NCBI GenBank assembly: GCA_009602735.1
Contig: WELA01000805.1
Coordinates: forward strand, 280,879-331,791
Length of the DNA stretch: 50,913 bases
Direction of reading: 5' to 3'
Origin: Mesotaenium endlicherianum
Lineage: Eukaryota
In this document: in pieces, positions 35,329-48,399 of the stretch
Layout: each line of letters begins with the position of its first letter
How positions within the stretch are numbered: position 1 is the first letter of the stretch
The notes under the pieces: generated by a model
The model's input: the letters and a program-made list of their open reading frames with translations, nothing else
The model's database searches: none
Told to the model about the DNA's origin: nothing
Made by a program: the position numbers and the translations under genes

Positions 35329-38300
35329 CTAGGAAGGGGCAGACTCGGATCGGGGGAGGCCAGGCTGACGGGAAGGGTCCTCCCCTAAAGGCGAGGGAGA
35401 GGGGGAGGGCAGTGTGAGGAGCAGCTGCTGCTGCGCCTCGATGTGACTGCACAGAGCAGCGTAGCCCTCCGCCACAACCGCCAGCTCGCCTCTCAGCTTG
35501 GCGACACTTGTCTCGAGCGCGTGGACTGGGCATGTTGCGAGCCGTGGGGCCGTGGCGCGGAGAGAGGAGTGCCGGGGACGGGACGGGGGCGGGGAGTTGC
35601 GGGCGAGCAAGACACGCGAGACGGATCAGGTCAGGATTGCGTTGGAAACGGTGCCCACGCTTGGCAGTGTGTGTCTTGCTTTGGTCGGACAGCAGCTGCA
35701 AGCTTCCATCCAAGCAAACGCACACACACACACACAAACACACACACTCACACGCACGCACACATGTGTGTATGCATGCATGAGCTTGTGTACATGACTG
35801 AATGAGCGTGTGCGGATCAGCGCGCGAGCAGGCACATGCGTGTGGTCACAGGGGTGGTCCATCACAGACACCGGAAGTGACTGCGAGGCTCACTAGTGAG
35901 TGCTTGCGGGTATCTGCCGGAGATGCTGCCCAGAATGTCCAGTGCCGGGAGGGCAGCGTAACCCGACAATGGAAGACTAGCCACAGAGAAAGGCCTGGAG
36001 GGCGCACATGCACACACACAACACACGCATGCAGGCACACGCATACAAACACACACGCACGCACGCACACACAAGCACGCACGCACACACGCACACACAC
36101 ACGCACGCACGCACGCACGCACGCACACGCACGCACACACACGCACACACGCACCCATGCACACGCACCCACAAGCACTCCAAGGCACGGCAGAGATGGG
36201 ACTGGCAAGCTTACATCCGCAAGAGAGCATGCGAGTGAGCCCCTTCTTCCCCCCAGTTACCCACCATTCGCAGATAGTGTAATGCTCGGTGGTTGGTAGA
36301 AGGGGGGAAGTATAGCCTGAGCGAGAACCAAGTGCGGGCAGCAAGCGTGAGACGAACATGAGCGCGGGTGCACGGACGGGCGGGGGGGCACAAAGGGCGT
36401 GCGGGCAGTCGGGCAAACAGACGAACGAGCGAGCCAGCAGGCAGGAAGCCGGGCTGGCAGCCGGGCGGTTGAGCAAAGAGTGGGGGGGGGGAGCGTCGAT
36501 GTGACTCTAGGGGCTGGACCTGCGGGCGGGCGGGCGGGCGTGGCAGTGTGGGTGCTAGTGGCAGTGTGGGGTGTTGAGAGTTAAAGCGTGCCTTGCTGGA
36601 GGTGGGCAGCGCTGGACTTCATGGCGGACGCGGCAAAGTTGAGGCGCTGCACCACCTTCATGGCCAGCGCCTCCACCGCCTCCAGCCGCGCGTGCAGCTC
36701 CTCCTGCGACATGCACAAGCGCGCGCGTGCGCAGCGGCAACGCATCCGCAGCCGCACGCACGCACAAGAGCACGCACAGCGGCATGCATGCACAAACGCA
36801 CCATGCGCGCGCAGCGGCAGGCGAGAAAGGCACGCATGAGCGCGCGCGCACACGCACTCACTCACGTATGCACACAATCACATGCGCATGTGCACACACA
36901 CGATGCTGAGAAAGAGAGCACGGACGGTGCGAGAAGGAAGCGCACGCGTGAGAGCAGCGACGTCGAGAGTGCCTACAGGCGCTGCTCTATGAGCTGACAC
37001 GCGCGCACTCGTAGCACACAAGCGCATGCACTATGAACACGGCGATAGAATAACACAAGGCCCCAGCAGCAGCAGCAGCAGCAGCAGCTCCTCCGCCTCC
37101 GCCCGGCCCACCATGACGACGTGCGGGGAGCTCCCCCGTGGTCCTCCAGGCAACAGAGCCGTATCAACCAGAGGCGCGCGGAATCGAGGGAGGGGCATGT
37201 GCAAAGCTCTTGGGAAAAACGGAACGAAAAAGCAGGCGCCCCTAACTCACGGGGCCTGCATCTCAGGAGCCCCGCGCCCATGCGCAGGTGTCTTGGGTGT
37301 AGCGAGCTTCAGTTGCACCAGCTTGGGGGGGGAGAGGGCTGGCTTTGGACCCCACAGGAGGCTGAGAGAGAGAGCGAGAGAGCGCCACGTGGCAGGCCAC
37401 CCCGCTAACAGCGTGCAGTGCTGTACTAATCTCCCTGCTCAAGCCCCGCTCCTCCCTACCTGCTCGGTGTCCCCCATGCGTCAGAAAGCTCTGGGGGGTA
37501 GGTAGGTAGGCAACTCGAGAAAGGGAGGAGCTCCAGCACTATGGTGTCCTGGATTAAGCTGAGGAGGTCATACCTCCCCCGCTTCCTTGTCCCCCTCCCC
37601 CCCCCNNNNCCCCCCGGCTCCCCGGCCGGCCCTTCCCTTCTTGTCCAGCACGTTGTTCCCCCCTCTAACTCTCTCGTGCTGTTGAGACCTCGGTGAAGAA
37701 AGTACGTCGGATTGCCTCTCCTGGTTTGTCGTGAAGGACCATGCGGGAGCTATCAAAGCAGGCCTGGCAGGAGGGGAGGGGAGGGGAGGGGGTTGTATGG
37801 CAGCCACACTGAGTCCTCCTGCCCCTGCCCGCCGTGCCCTCCTCAGCTGCATCGCTTCTCTCGCGGTGTGAACGGGGACGAAGGGGCGCCAGGCACAAAA
37901 CTGGTCCAGGCCCACGAGAGCCTCCTGCCTGCTGAGGTCTGTGGCTTTCCTAACCGGGCGTTTTGTACAGGCCATCTTCTTTCTTGCGGTGTGAACAGGA
38001 GCTTGAGGGCGAAGGCCGGGGGCGGGGGGCGGGGGGCGCCAGGCGCACACGCACCTGGTTGTGGCCCATGCGGGCGTGGGCGGCGTCCTGCCATGCCTGG
38101 TACAGCTGGACTAGCTCCGCTGCCGCCTCCGGAGCCAGGCCCAGCCTCCTGGCCAGGTCTGCATTCACACCCGACGCCAGGGGCCAGCAACTCAGGCAGG
38201 GGTCATGGGGAGGGGTCACGCCACGGCGGGGTAAGGCTCCACAGCCAGGGGCTAGGGACTAGGGGCTAGAGAGCTAGGGGCTAGGGGCTAGGTCTAGGGG

Positions 38301-38961
38301 CTAGAGCTAGAGCTAGGGGCTAGGGGCTAGAGGGCAAGAAATGGGGAAGGAGGTGCAGGAGGAAGTGGGTGAAGGAGGAATCGGAAGCAGGAGGCTAGTA
38401 TGTGCGGACAATTGGCGGGCGCTGAGCGGGGCAGTCAGAGTGGCTTGGCCCCAGAGTTGCGCTCCAGCCCAGCTTGGGGGCCACGAGGGCCACGGTCTGA
38501 CCCCAGCAACTGAGTACCCTTCTCATTGTCGGGAGGCTCGGATTGGTTCCCCGGTTTGAGGCTCAACGCCAGGCCAGGCCCTGCTACAGAGCCCTGATTG
38601 CAGGGGCCTGTTCGCACTGCAGCCAGCGGGGTGACAGCCTGCCGCCTACAGCAGCTACAGGGAGCCTCGACAACAGAAGAAAGTTGTATGTGCATCAGGT
38701 TGATACAGATCGAATGCCCATCCGAAGCAGCGGTCTGAACTCTACTCGGATGGCTGACGCTCACTGTTCTTTCCGAAATGCTGCAAACCCCCCCCTGTGG
38801 CTGTGACTCCCGCATAAGATGACGAGGGGAGCCTCCCCTCTCAGGGGGGTCTTTTGGCAGAGGGAGTGGCAAAGGGGGGGTCTCCAGCTTTGCAGCAGTG
38901 AGCTGGGACAAACACACAAACCGTCCCCCCCCCCTCCCCCGGCACCACGGACGCGCACACG

Positions 38962-38992
<31 letters not shown>

Positions 38993-39731
38993 GGAGGTTT
39001 CCTGACAAGCAGCAGAGGTGGGAATGTCTGCGGAGAGGTGCGCGCATCTCTTACCAGCGCCAGAGGGCCCGCCCCCGGGTGCGCCGTCTCTGGCTCTCGG
39101 AGCCACACCTGGGCCCAGCAGTGGCACGCTCTGTGACACGCCAGGTGGGCGAGGGAAGAAGCACACGTGCCGGCACGTCGGGTTGGTGAGTCAGCATGTG
39201 CTCAAGGTGGGCACATACAATTGGCAAATATGGGATTCACGGCGTTGGCTTTGGCCACTGTGCATGCAAGTGAAGACAAAGTAACTTGCGACACACATGG
39301 GGTCAAACATATGCCACTGCTACTTCGTCTGCTTGCCAAGTGTCCGTACCAGGCGCAGGCTCTGCAGTTTCTCCAGGCAGGGGTCTATAGTCTTGGCTGC
39401 CTCTGCGGGCCCGCTTGAGACCTTCAATATGCCTCCACCTCCTACCTGGAGACAGGTGTCATTAAAGTGATTAACTGAGAGAAGAAGTCGTGGGGCTGCA
39501 GCATTGCCCTTGCTGGAAAGAGCATTAAATTCGCGCATGAGCATATAAATTCAAATCATGGTTCTTACCCCTGCTGTCCCCGCCTAGTTGATGACGCATT
39601 TCTACCAACTGCCTCATTATCTGCCTCGTTGCCTGAGCAGGCTAGTAGGCATGAAAAGGCATAGGATTGTGTTCATATGTAGGTCGTATCATTACCTTGC
39701 TCGAAGCTTCTTTGCTATCTGCAGCACCCAT
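35329..39731 (-). CDS. BORCS5: BORC subunit 5 (BORCS5/LOH12CR1/myrlysin)-like coiled-coil protein, 6 coding exons, about 206 aa
   Basis: Hand-built exons on the minus strand: 39731-39696, 39445-39350, 39130-39055, 38158-38055, 36703-36592 and 35525-35329. All phases fit; introns are GT-AG except intron 5 (GC-AG). Protein: MGAADSK (myristoylation motif)...[18 protein letters not shown]...[29 protein letters not shown]...AAHLQQVHALE. The gene model is well supported; the family call rests on my recollection of BORCS5 motif spacing, not on a search. Confidence 0.65.
36005..36175. repeat. Compound (CA)n/(CGCA)n microsatellite in intron
   Basis: Visible acacacgcacgcac... low-complexity run; similar runs at about 35720-35762 and 38955-38991. 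Confidence 0.9.
38247..38334 (+). repeat. Degenerate (CTAGGGG)n heptamer repeat in intron
   Basis: aggggctagggactaggggctagagagctaggggctaggggctagg..., about 12 units. Confidence 0.85.
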
Positions 39732-40786
39732 TGATTTGTACCTCGCCTTCAAGAGCAACGGAAGCCGTTCACCAGCCACCACAAGAAGTAATTGCGGACA
39801 AGTATTCACGACGCAGGTGAGCCATGAGCTTCACAATTCTTATTTTTGTGCAATGCATGACCCGGCTGATCCGATTGTAGAGTGCAGAATCAGGAATCGA
39901 CACTACCAATCAGAAAGTATAGTCGTTCTCATTGCAAATAGTACATTCCCTGGCAAAATCTATGCAACAGCGTTATTGACCCTGTTGTACCAAAACAAGG
40001 GCTCGCTTTCCTGTCATATTCTTTGCACTTGCGTTTGACAAAAAAGCGCTAACTCTTCGTCTTCCCGTCTAAGAACAAGTTCAAATACATCTTGACAGTT
40101 GCCCATGCATGTGCATTATCTTGAAGTTTTTTGGAGACTTGCGAGAATGAGTACTACGTGCTCAACGATGCTCCAGATGAGCTCCAAGCTTTTTGCCTCA
40201 AATGCGTAGTACGGAAAAGGACGTGCCTTTTCAGCATATGCGTACGAGCGACAACTGGACCCGAGTAGACCTCCGCAATTTTTTCCCGCTCGCATGTTGA
40301 GCTTGCCCGTACGGACCAGCCGAACTCGCAGACAATCGCAGAACTTGCCGCGGTCGCATTTGCACGCAGTTGAGCGCAGTTGAGCACGGACCTTGTGTTA
40401 TCCCGGGTAGTCTCCGGGTTTTGCCGGCCAGTCCTGGATTGTTCCTTGGGACTGCACTGGACTGCACAAGTGATTATTGGGATTGCCAGGGGGTGCAATT
40501 GGAAGTGGCGCGCAATTCAAGGGAGTGTCAGAGCGCAAATTTCCGTCTGCAATTCCTTCGCCTGGTCCGACCAGGTCTCGACTGATTCCGACCACTGGCG
40601 CGATTTCTCTTGCTACTGCAGGCAGCATGCAGAAGCCCGGTACTCCACAAGCTTACGACTCCTGGCCTGTTCTGCTCAGGAGCTGGCTAACTGGAGCTAG
40701 GTATTTGACGGAACTGAACACATTCATTCTAGTGGTCTAACTTTTCAGCTACAGTAAAGTGTAGCAAATTTGCAGAAGTAGTAGCC
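39732..40786. promoter_or_regulatory. Divergent (putative bidirectional) promoter and 5'UTR region between the BORCS5-like gene and DiT1
   Basis: The two start codons (39731 minus, 40787 plus) point away from each other about 1.05 kb apart. No specific promoter element identified. Confidence 0.5.
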
Positions 40787-43700
40787 ATGGCTGCGGCCAC
40801 GGCTTCCCAGGTTCTCTTGGGAGCAGGAACTTTTTCGAAGCTTGGAAGCACCTCAAATGCTTCTGTAAAGAGACAGTCAAACTCAGCCTGTCTCAGCTTT
40901 TCCCCTAAAGCCTTGTCTAAGGTGGCATCTGCATCTCTTTCAGCTGCTGCTTCTTTTAATGGGGATAGCTCGCTCTCGGCTCTTACGAGCCACCGAAAGA
41001 ATGTCACTCAGGTTCGCAGGAGAGCTGCAGCACCTCGGGCTTCAGTTGAAAATTCTCCTGCACCCGCTCCTACACCCCCCCCTGTGCCTGCCAAGGAATG
41101 GCAGGGAGCCAAGATGAAGCCTCTGATCATCTCAATAGCTACAGGAATACTTGTTTGGGTGATCCCTGCACCAGCAGGTGTTGCTCAGAACGCCTGGCAG
41201 CTGCTGGCTATCTTTCTGGCAACTATTGTCGGAATCATAACAAATGTAAGAATCTTCTTATTCACGTTTCAGCATCATATTTTTTATCTCAACCCTAATG
41301 CTTATAATGATGACCAGGGGAGCACTGGGAAGCAAGCTTTCTTCTACTAGCCGTTTCCTGCACTGCCGTAGTTGTGTACCTTAAAATGGGGAGCTGCTAA
41401 TGTTCTCAATTACAACCTATTTTTTGCTTCTGTAAGCAGTTCTGCATGGCTCCTTCGCGCTTGCCTACTATCTGCTGAGCAGTCTTCTAGAATAGGCTAG
41501 AAAACTACAACAGCACGAGATAACCTTCTCTATGGATATGGTATCTTTGGGTCATCAGAATCAAAGATCCCGTTCTTAGGATATGGCGGCAAAAATAGAA
41601 TAATTCTGGTCGTAGTAGAGCTTGTAGGAATTTCTCTTATTCCTTTAACTTACCATGCGAAATTTGTGCAGCCTCTGCCTCTTGGAGCTGTTGCCCTTAT
41701 GGGATTGGGCGCATGTGTCCTGACAAAAACGCTCACATTTGCTGCTGCCTTCAGGTGCTGTGACGGTCCCAATCTCAGAGTTTTGTGTAGTGTATTGTAG
41801 GCGCAGTTATTCATTCAGCATAATTGCATACCTAAGCAGATGTGTGTGCATCCATGATTTGTTTCTACATTTCACCTCATCAGCTGTGTTCTTTGTCGCT
41901 GACGTATGGTGACAATAGCTAGGCTTGCTACACTATAGCGTTTCAGAGCTTTTGTGATTCCACAGTGGTTATTACACTTAGTCAAAGTTTCTCGACATAT
42001 TACCTCGTTAATAACCTCTCCATTATATTGTGTGTACCTGAAGAACTTCGTAGCTTGCACAGCAGGTCCCCCATGCAAGCATTCTGCTCATTCTCCATCC
42101 TGTTTGCACGCTGTATCTTATAAATCTGGCATGCTGGTGTTTGATGTCATACTGTTGATCAACGAAACAGCGCCTTCGGTGACCCCATCCCATGGCTCAT
42201 CGCACTCGCTTTCTTCTTTGCTCGCGGTTTTATCAAGACTGGCCTCGGCAACCGTGTTGCATACCAGGTAGAACTGGTGCCCTTGGTATTCCTGGGGGGG
42301 TGTACTTTTCTGTAGCGTGGCTGCTTCTGCAGATTCCATTCGTTCCCGGTCATGCTACTAGCTGAGCTAAGTATGCACACTCACACTTGTATGGCAACTG
42401 TAGGTGATCCAACTGAACGTTCTCAGTCAGAAGAAGCTCCAGCATTGTCTGGCAAATGCCTTTCATCTGCTGTGAATAGAAGAAGTTTATATAGAACTAT
42501 ATCCTCACTTCATTTTGTGACCTTGCTTGTGATCAAGTAAGTTGTGTAACTCGAAAGATGTAAGGACCTGCAGGTGACCTGCCTTCTCTGGGTGGAAACT
42601 GATTCTCACCTCTGGTTCTTCCCCTGTGTCTGCTGTGTGCACTGTGCACAGTTTGTGAAGCTGTTTGGCAGCACCACCCTTGGCCTTGGGTACAGTCTGG
42701 TTTTCAGTGAGGCCATCCTGGCCCCTGCAATCCCCTCCGTGTCTGCCCGCGCGGGAGGAATCTTCCTGCCTCTCGTCAAGGCCCTGTGCATTGCCTGCGG
42801 CAGCAAGGTTGGAGATGGCACAGAGAGGAAGCTTGGAGCTTGGCTCATGCTCACATGCTTCCAGGTAACCCTTGTGCCCCCCCCCCCGGACAGGCACTTT
42901 GGCTGAAAGCTTGACATTGAATGACTAAGGACCTCTTTGAAAATGTAAGTTGTACAAATGCAGGGCCTTTGATAGCAATATTTGGAAGAAGCTCGTATTT
43001 CCACGATAGAATTGGTGCTTTGGACTGGCAGCTGATGGCTGCTGGTGCAAAATGTACAGGCGCTGCAAGCTCACGTTCTTCGGTGGCACACTATTCTGCT
43101 GTATGTGTCTGCAGTTTGCATTGGCCGACAAGAATCTCCTTAATGAGGGGTCCTGGTCACCTGCTGTTCACATGTTCAATTGCAGACTTCAAGAGCAAGT
43201 ACAGTCATAAGCAGCTGCTGCAGACAATTGAATGTGTGAAAGCCAGCTGCATATTGTTTCTTCTGCTTACATCATTCTATAGACAAAAAATTGGGGGCAC
43301 TTCTGATATCCGGGTCCACTCTCCCAAGAACTACAGAACTTTCTACCAGAGGGACATCATCCTCTTCATAGTGCGCTCACACTTATGTCCTGTTTGCACT
43401 AATGCCTTCACACATGCTTCTCTATGAGCTGACAGCTCAGCCTATTTAAACCTGCTGCCACATGAACTCTGTTAGTGTACGACTGGTATATGTTCTAATT
43501 TGCGCTCAGCATCTTTGTGTGGGTTGTACAGACTTCGGTGGTGTCGTCAGCCATGTTCCTTACAGCCATGGCTGCCAACCCCCTGAGTGTGAACCTTGCC
43601 GCTAGTTCCATTGGCCAGACCATCACGTGGACCCAGTGGGCAGTTGCTGCCATTGTTCCAGGTACACTTGCTGCCTGTTCTGTACCTTCGATAGGATCTC

Positions 43701-46479
43701 TTAGAGCCTAGTTGTCCCTCAGCACACAGTTCCCAGCACCTCAGGCAATGCAGCGAATGGGTTGAGAGTACATCTGCTGAGGTGTACGTCCAGGTTAGCA
43801 GTCACGTGTGTTACATCGTGGGGATTTGCTATCAAATCAGGATCAGATACATGCTAGTGGACATTGTGCCCTGTTATGGTGCACCCTGTTTACAGATGAA
43901 ATGCTTCATGAAGTAAGCCGAGGGGCTTCTTCTTGGCTATTGCTTGTGCCTTTGGTCCCTGTCATTTCCCATAACAGCACCCTAGGTTGCACCCTCGGTA
44001 AGCCTCTCACACCATTTATCAGAGCATCAAACAGCATTTGGGTGTAACTACCTATTCATCCAATTGGACAAACAACCAGGCGCGTTCGGATGACTTGACA
44101 TGTGTCCAAAAGCACAGAGAAACGGCCCAGACATTAGTCATTCAGAGAGACGCGCATGCTACTTTAATCTCGCGTTCGAGAAAATTGTGTCCCTTGCTCC
44201 ATGCAAGGGCATTCTCAACTTAGAGGGGCAGGGCAGATGGATTGGAGATTGTGCTGCCAGACTGGCTTGCGGTACTGAGGGCTGAGAGCTGACCTTGCCA
44301 ACTACGGCTTCCCCTTGCCCCCATGCTTACCACCCTACAGAGAGCAATCTGGCACATCCTTACTGGGTACGCAGCCAGCCTGAGCAGCTGGTGCTGGCTG
44401 TCAGTCCACAGTCGAATCTGGTTGCTTGCCCTTGCTGGCCATACTTCACCAGCAGTGTCACGACCAGCACCCGCACATCGGTTCCTCTGCTGGCTAGCTC
44501 ACTGGCCCTTGCTGGCCATGTTTCATCTGCGGTACTGTGACCAGCACTCACGCGCCTGTGCCGTTTTTGGCGTTCCCTGTTGCTCCAGGCCTGGCGTCGC
44601 TGATCCTGATCCCCCTGGTGCTCTACATCGTGTACCCGCCCGAGATCAAGAGCAGCCCCGACGCGCCCAAGCTGGCGGCTGAGAACCTCAAGAAGATGGG
44701 CGCCATGACGCGCGACGAGAGCATCATGGCTGTCACCCTGCTTGGCACGGTATGCTTCCGTGCTGCTCTCGCTCGCGCCCCTGCAGAGGAATGGACTCGC
44801 TTGGAGCTGACTGCATGCATGCATGTGCATATATGGACAAAGGGATGGAGGAGGTGCGGCTTCTATACCAGGAAGATGTAGCTGAAAAAGCGAGACTGAT
44901 GGTTTTTATCTGGGAATTCCAGCGTACGTGAAGAGGGGGAGATTGAAACTGGGTGGGTGGGCAGGTGCGTTGTGCTCTCCGGCAGATGGGCCGGGCTGTG
45001 TCCAAATCTTGTCACTCACTGCAACATGTAGCCAACTTTAGCTCAGTCGAGACTTCTACCAGCGATGACAAATGGCCACCAGTAGCGCGTTTGTGGCTGG
45101 TGCATCGCACAGTCAGCGGATTAGTGGCTTCAAAGGGGGACAGAGTTTTTGGTTACGTCCTTACAAACAGAAGATAGCTTGTTCCTCAGTGTTGCCGCTC
45201 GGAAGAGGAGGGGGGCACTTCAACCGCTCAAGGCAGGCCCGCGCCGGGATGCATTCCACGGGCGTTTCTGCTCACGCACTCATGCCTCGTGCGACTTGCC
45301 TCCTCGCGCCTGCTGCCGTGTCCACGTGTCCTTGCACGCTCATTCAGGTCGGCCTCTGGATCTTCGGCGGCGCCATCAAGGTGGATGCTGTCACCGCCGC
45401 CATCATTGGCCTGTCGGCCCTCCTCATCACGGGAGTGGTGACGTGGAAGGAGTGCCTGGGCGAGAGCGTGGCGTGGGACACGCTCACGTGGTTTGCCGCG
45501 CTCATCGCCATGGCCAACTACCTCAACAAGTACGGCCTCATCGCCTGGTTCAGCCAGACCGTCGTCAAGGTGCGCTCCCACTCTCCTCCCTCTGCCCCCA
45601 CCACGCAGGCTTATGTACCCTTAGAGCTCCTGAAGTGCCTCACTCCTGGTGGAGTGCACCACCCCACCCCGCTCGCCCGACATTTGTGCCTCTTACCTTT
45701 TCCTCCTCGTGGGGCACATTTGTCACTTGTTTTTTGACTGGAGAAATGTCATAAGGTAGGGCCTCTCAGGCGGAGTATAAGTAGGCGTATCATGTGAGTG
45801 CTGCTGCTTTGCAGCTAGGCCTATACCTGTCTATTTTCGTAAGGAAGCCAAGTTGGCATCATTGATATATGCCTACGTCTGCTTTACTTTTTGTTTGGCC
45901 TTGCAGGAACTCCTTACTCTCTAGTCTCTCCTCGTTTTGTCTCGGCTCGTGATTTTTGGAGACTTAGTTTAGTTCTTCCTGCAGATAGATGATGGCTATG
46001 GTGCTACCTTTCAAAATTACTGGAGAAGTAACTACACATTGTTGTCCTATCTGGAAGTCCAACTAAAAACACCGTCTATACCTCCTCGACTCTCTGTATG
46101 CTCGTCCCATCGACAGGTGGTGGGAGGCCTGGGCCTCGCCTGGCAGCCGGCGTTTGGGCTGCTCGTCGTCCTCTACTTCTACTCGCACTACTTCTTCGCG
46201 TCGGGCGCCGCCCACATCGGCGCCATGTTCTCCGCCTTCCTCTCCGTCGCCACCGCCCTCGGGGCGCCCCCCATGGTGGCCGCGCTCGTGCTCGCCTTCC
46301 TCTCCAACATCATGGGAGGCCTCACCCATTACGGCATCGGGTCCGCCCCCCCCTTCTTTGGCGCCGGCTACGTGCCCCTCAACGCCTGGTGGGGCTACGG
46401 CTTCCTGTGCAGTGTGATCAACCTCGTGATCTGGCTCGGCCTCGGTGGCGTCTGGTGGAAGGTTCTGGGCTTGTGGTAG
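40787..46479 (+). CDS. DiT1: Plastidic 2-oxoglutarate/malate translocator (dicarboxylate transporter 1, DASS family), 8 exons, about 575 aa
   Basis: Exons 40787-41245, 41672-41754, 42171-42267, 42652-42864, 43532-43661, 44589-44749, 45348-45569 and 46117-46479; all GT-AG and phase-consistent (1728 nt). Ser/Ala-rich transit peptide; WQGAKMKPL, PLPLGAVALMGL, PSVSARAGGIFLP, SAMFLTAMAANPL, YFFASGAAHIGAMF, THYGIGSAPPF, WWKVLGLW. Confidence 0.95.
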
Positions 46480-47386
46480 GCTCTTCCTGCCTGTTGTGCG
46501 TGCGTAGCGTGTAGTCCCTTCTCTGCCGTATGGTCCTTGAGTGTGCTGTACTGGGGAGTGGCTGAGGGAGTGCCCGCCCCTGTAGCTGCCACTTGCGTTG
46601 CTCAGGCTAGGAGTAGAAGTATACTGTGGCGCAGCAGCCTAGGAGTGCCCTTGCTCGAGGATTCTTGGATCCTGTGAGCTGGCGTTGGGTGATCGTCTGT
46701 AGGTGAGCCGAGTCCACGTGGAAGTAGCTGCTAGATTAGGCTGAACTAGGTCTGTCACACCAGCAGCAAAGCTTGTAGGTAGGTAGACCAGCGAGCTGGA
46801 ATATTTGGTTTGTTCAATTGCACCACCTTTTTCGACTTCTACATTACCAAAAACCTCGGACTCAGAAGCAGGCAGCGAGTAGCACCTTTCTGCAAATAAA
46901 GTTAAGATGTGACATCGTTTCGTTCATCTTCAGCAGATCTCGTGTCCTGACTTCTGCCAAGATGGTTGACTGAAGCCACTTCATAAGCTGGTGCAAATGA
47001 GTTCGGCAAGCACTAGATGCAGGTGAGCATCAACTCACATATTGCACTTGCTCTAAGTTTGACCCTGGTCAGCAATCTGAAAATGCTTGCTGGTTGGGCA
47101 CGAGGCACCAAGTGCATTGGATACAGCATTGCTCGTTAAGATCTGCAGCACTCTACCCTTGATTTGCAGTTCCATTGTAAACGACGTGGCAGCTGGCTGG
47201 GCGGACTTATGAAGATGACCTGTTCCAAGTCTAGAGATGGAAATCTTTGGAGAGTCCAAATGCACATGCAGGCGTAGGACTTCCAGTTCAGAAACTCGAG
47301 CTGGCACACGTAAAGCGCATGCATGTGCCTTCATTATATCAGGCGTGCAGGCACCAGCGACAAATTTTCACTGACACTTCCCTACA

Positions 47387-48328
47387 TCATTGGCCTACTT
47401 TATCCAGAACTATCAGCTTCCACCTGACCTCCTCCGCTTTCTGAGGCTGCTTCTTCTTGCTGCCAGCAGCAGCGCTGCCTTGCCCTTCTCTATACGACTG
47501 ACCTCCTGCCCCTGGAGCCACCTCGTTCTCCATCTTCAGCCTCTGCTCCTCAGCTTCCAGATCGACGGCTACAGCCGCATCAGCCTCCTCCACCGCCGCC
47601 TTGTGCACCTCCATGAGCTTAAGAAGCCTGCAAGGAAGAAACACGAAGAAAGAGTGGAAGACATACCTACCCATGAGGGCAGCTTTACTTGGTCTCGCAC
47701 AGGGGAGACTGTATTTGCTACAAGCTCTTCGTGGATTTGGAGGAACAAAGGAGACCTCAGGAGGACAGAGAGACCTCAGGAGGACAGACGCGCGCAGAGA
47801 GAATGATACAAAGTGCACCTTCCCACGTGGCAAACAACGGTGCTAAAACGTCATGCAGAATGTGTCGTATGCAACACGAGCGTAGTGCTCTCTTACTGGA
47901 GCAGCAGAATGGAGCGCGAGGATTCAGTGCCATGCATGTGCACGTGTGAGCTGTCAATTGACGCGAACTGCACGCAGCGTTCTTGTTGGTTGTAACCGAG
48001 CTCTTGTCCAGACAGCGCCTTCGTCAGCCACATGTGGAAGAGAACTTCACCCTGAGATAATTTGAAGTCTGCAGGAGGCAGCAGCCACGCGCACAGGCAC
48101 AGGTGCGTGCACACGACAGCCCACCTCTGCTGCAGCTGGCGAGCCAGGAGGTCGTGGCCCAGCATGATGAGCAGCTCCAGCAGCTGCCCCGTCTCCTCCA
48201 GCTGGCGCGCAGGCGGCTTCAGCGAGTGCAGATGCTCCACCAGCGCCACCTCTTCTCCCGGGCTGCCACGCACGCGCGCAATCGCGCACACGCACACATA
48301 CACATGCACACGCGCACACGCACATACA

Positions 48329-48399
<71 letters not shown>

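Noticed and set aside
37850..38050. Imperfect repeat GCGGTGTGAAC...GGGGCGCCAGGC.CA about 125 bp apart (CRISPR-like look)
   Set aside because: Only two degenerate copies in a eukaryotic intron; a local duplication with no array and no cas genes.
35318..39284. Many overlapping ORFs rich in C/V/H/T/A/R
   Set aside because: Translations of (CA)n/(TG)n and GC-rich intronic low-complexity DNA; only the six phased exons are supported.
47752..47789. About 20-bp tandem duplication GAGACCTCAGGAGGACAGA in an ELP1 intron
   Set aside because: Ordinary slippage-type duplication with no sign of function.
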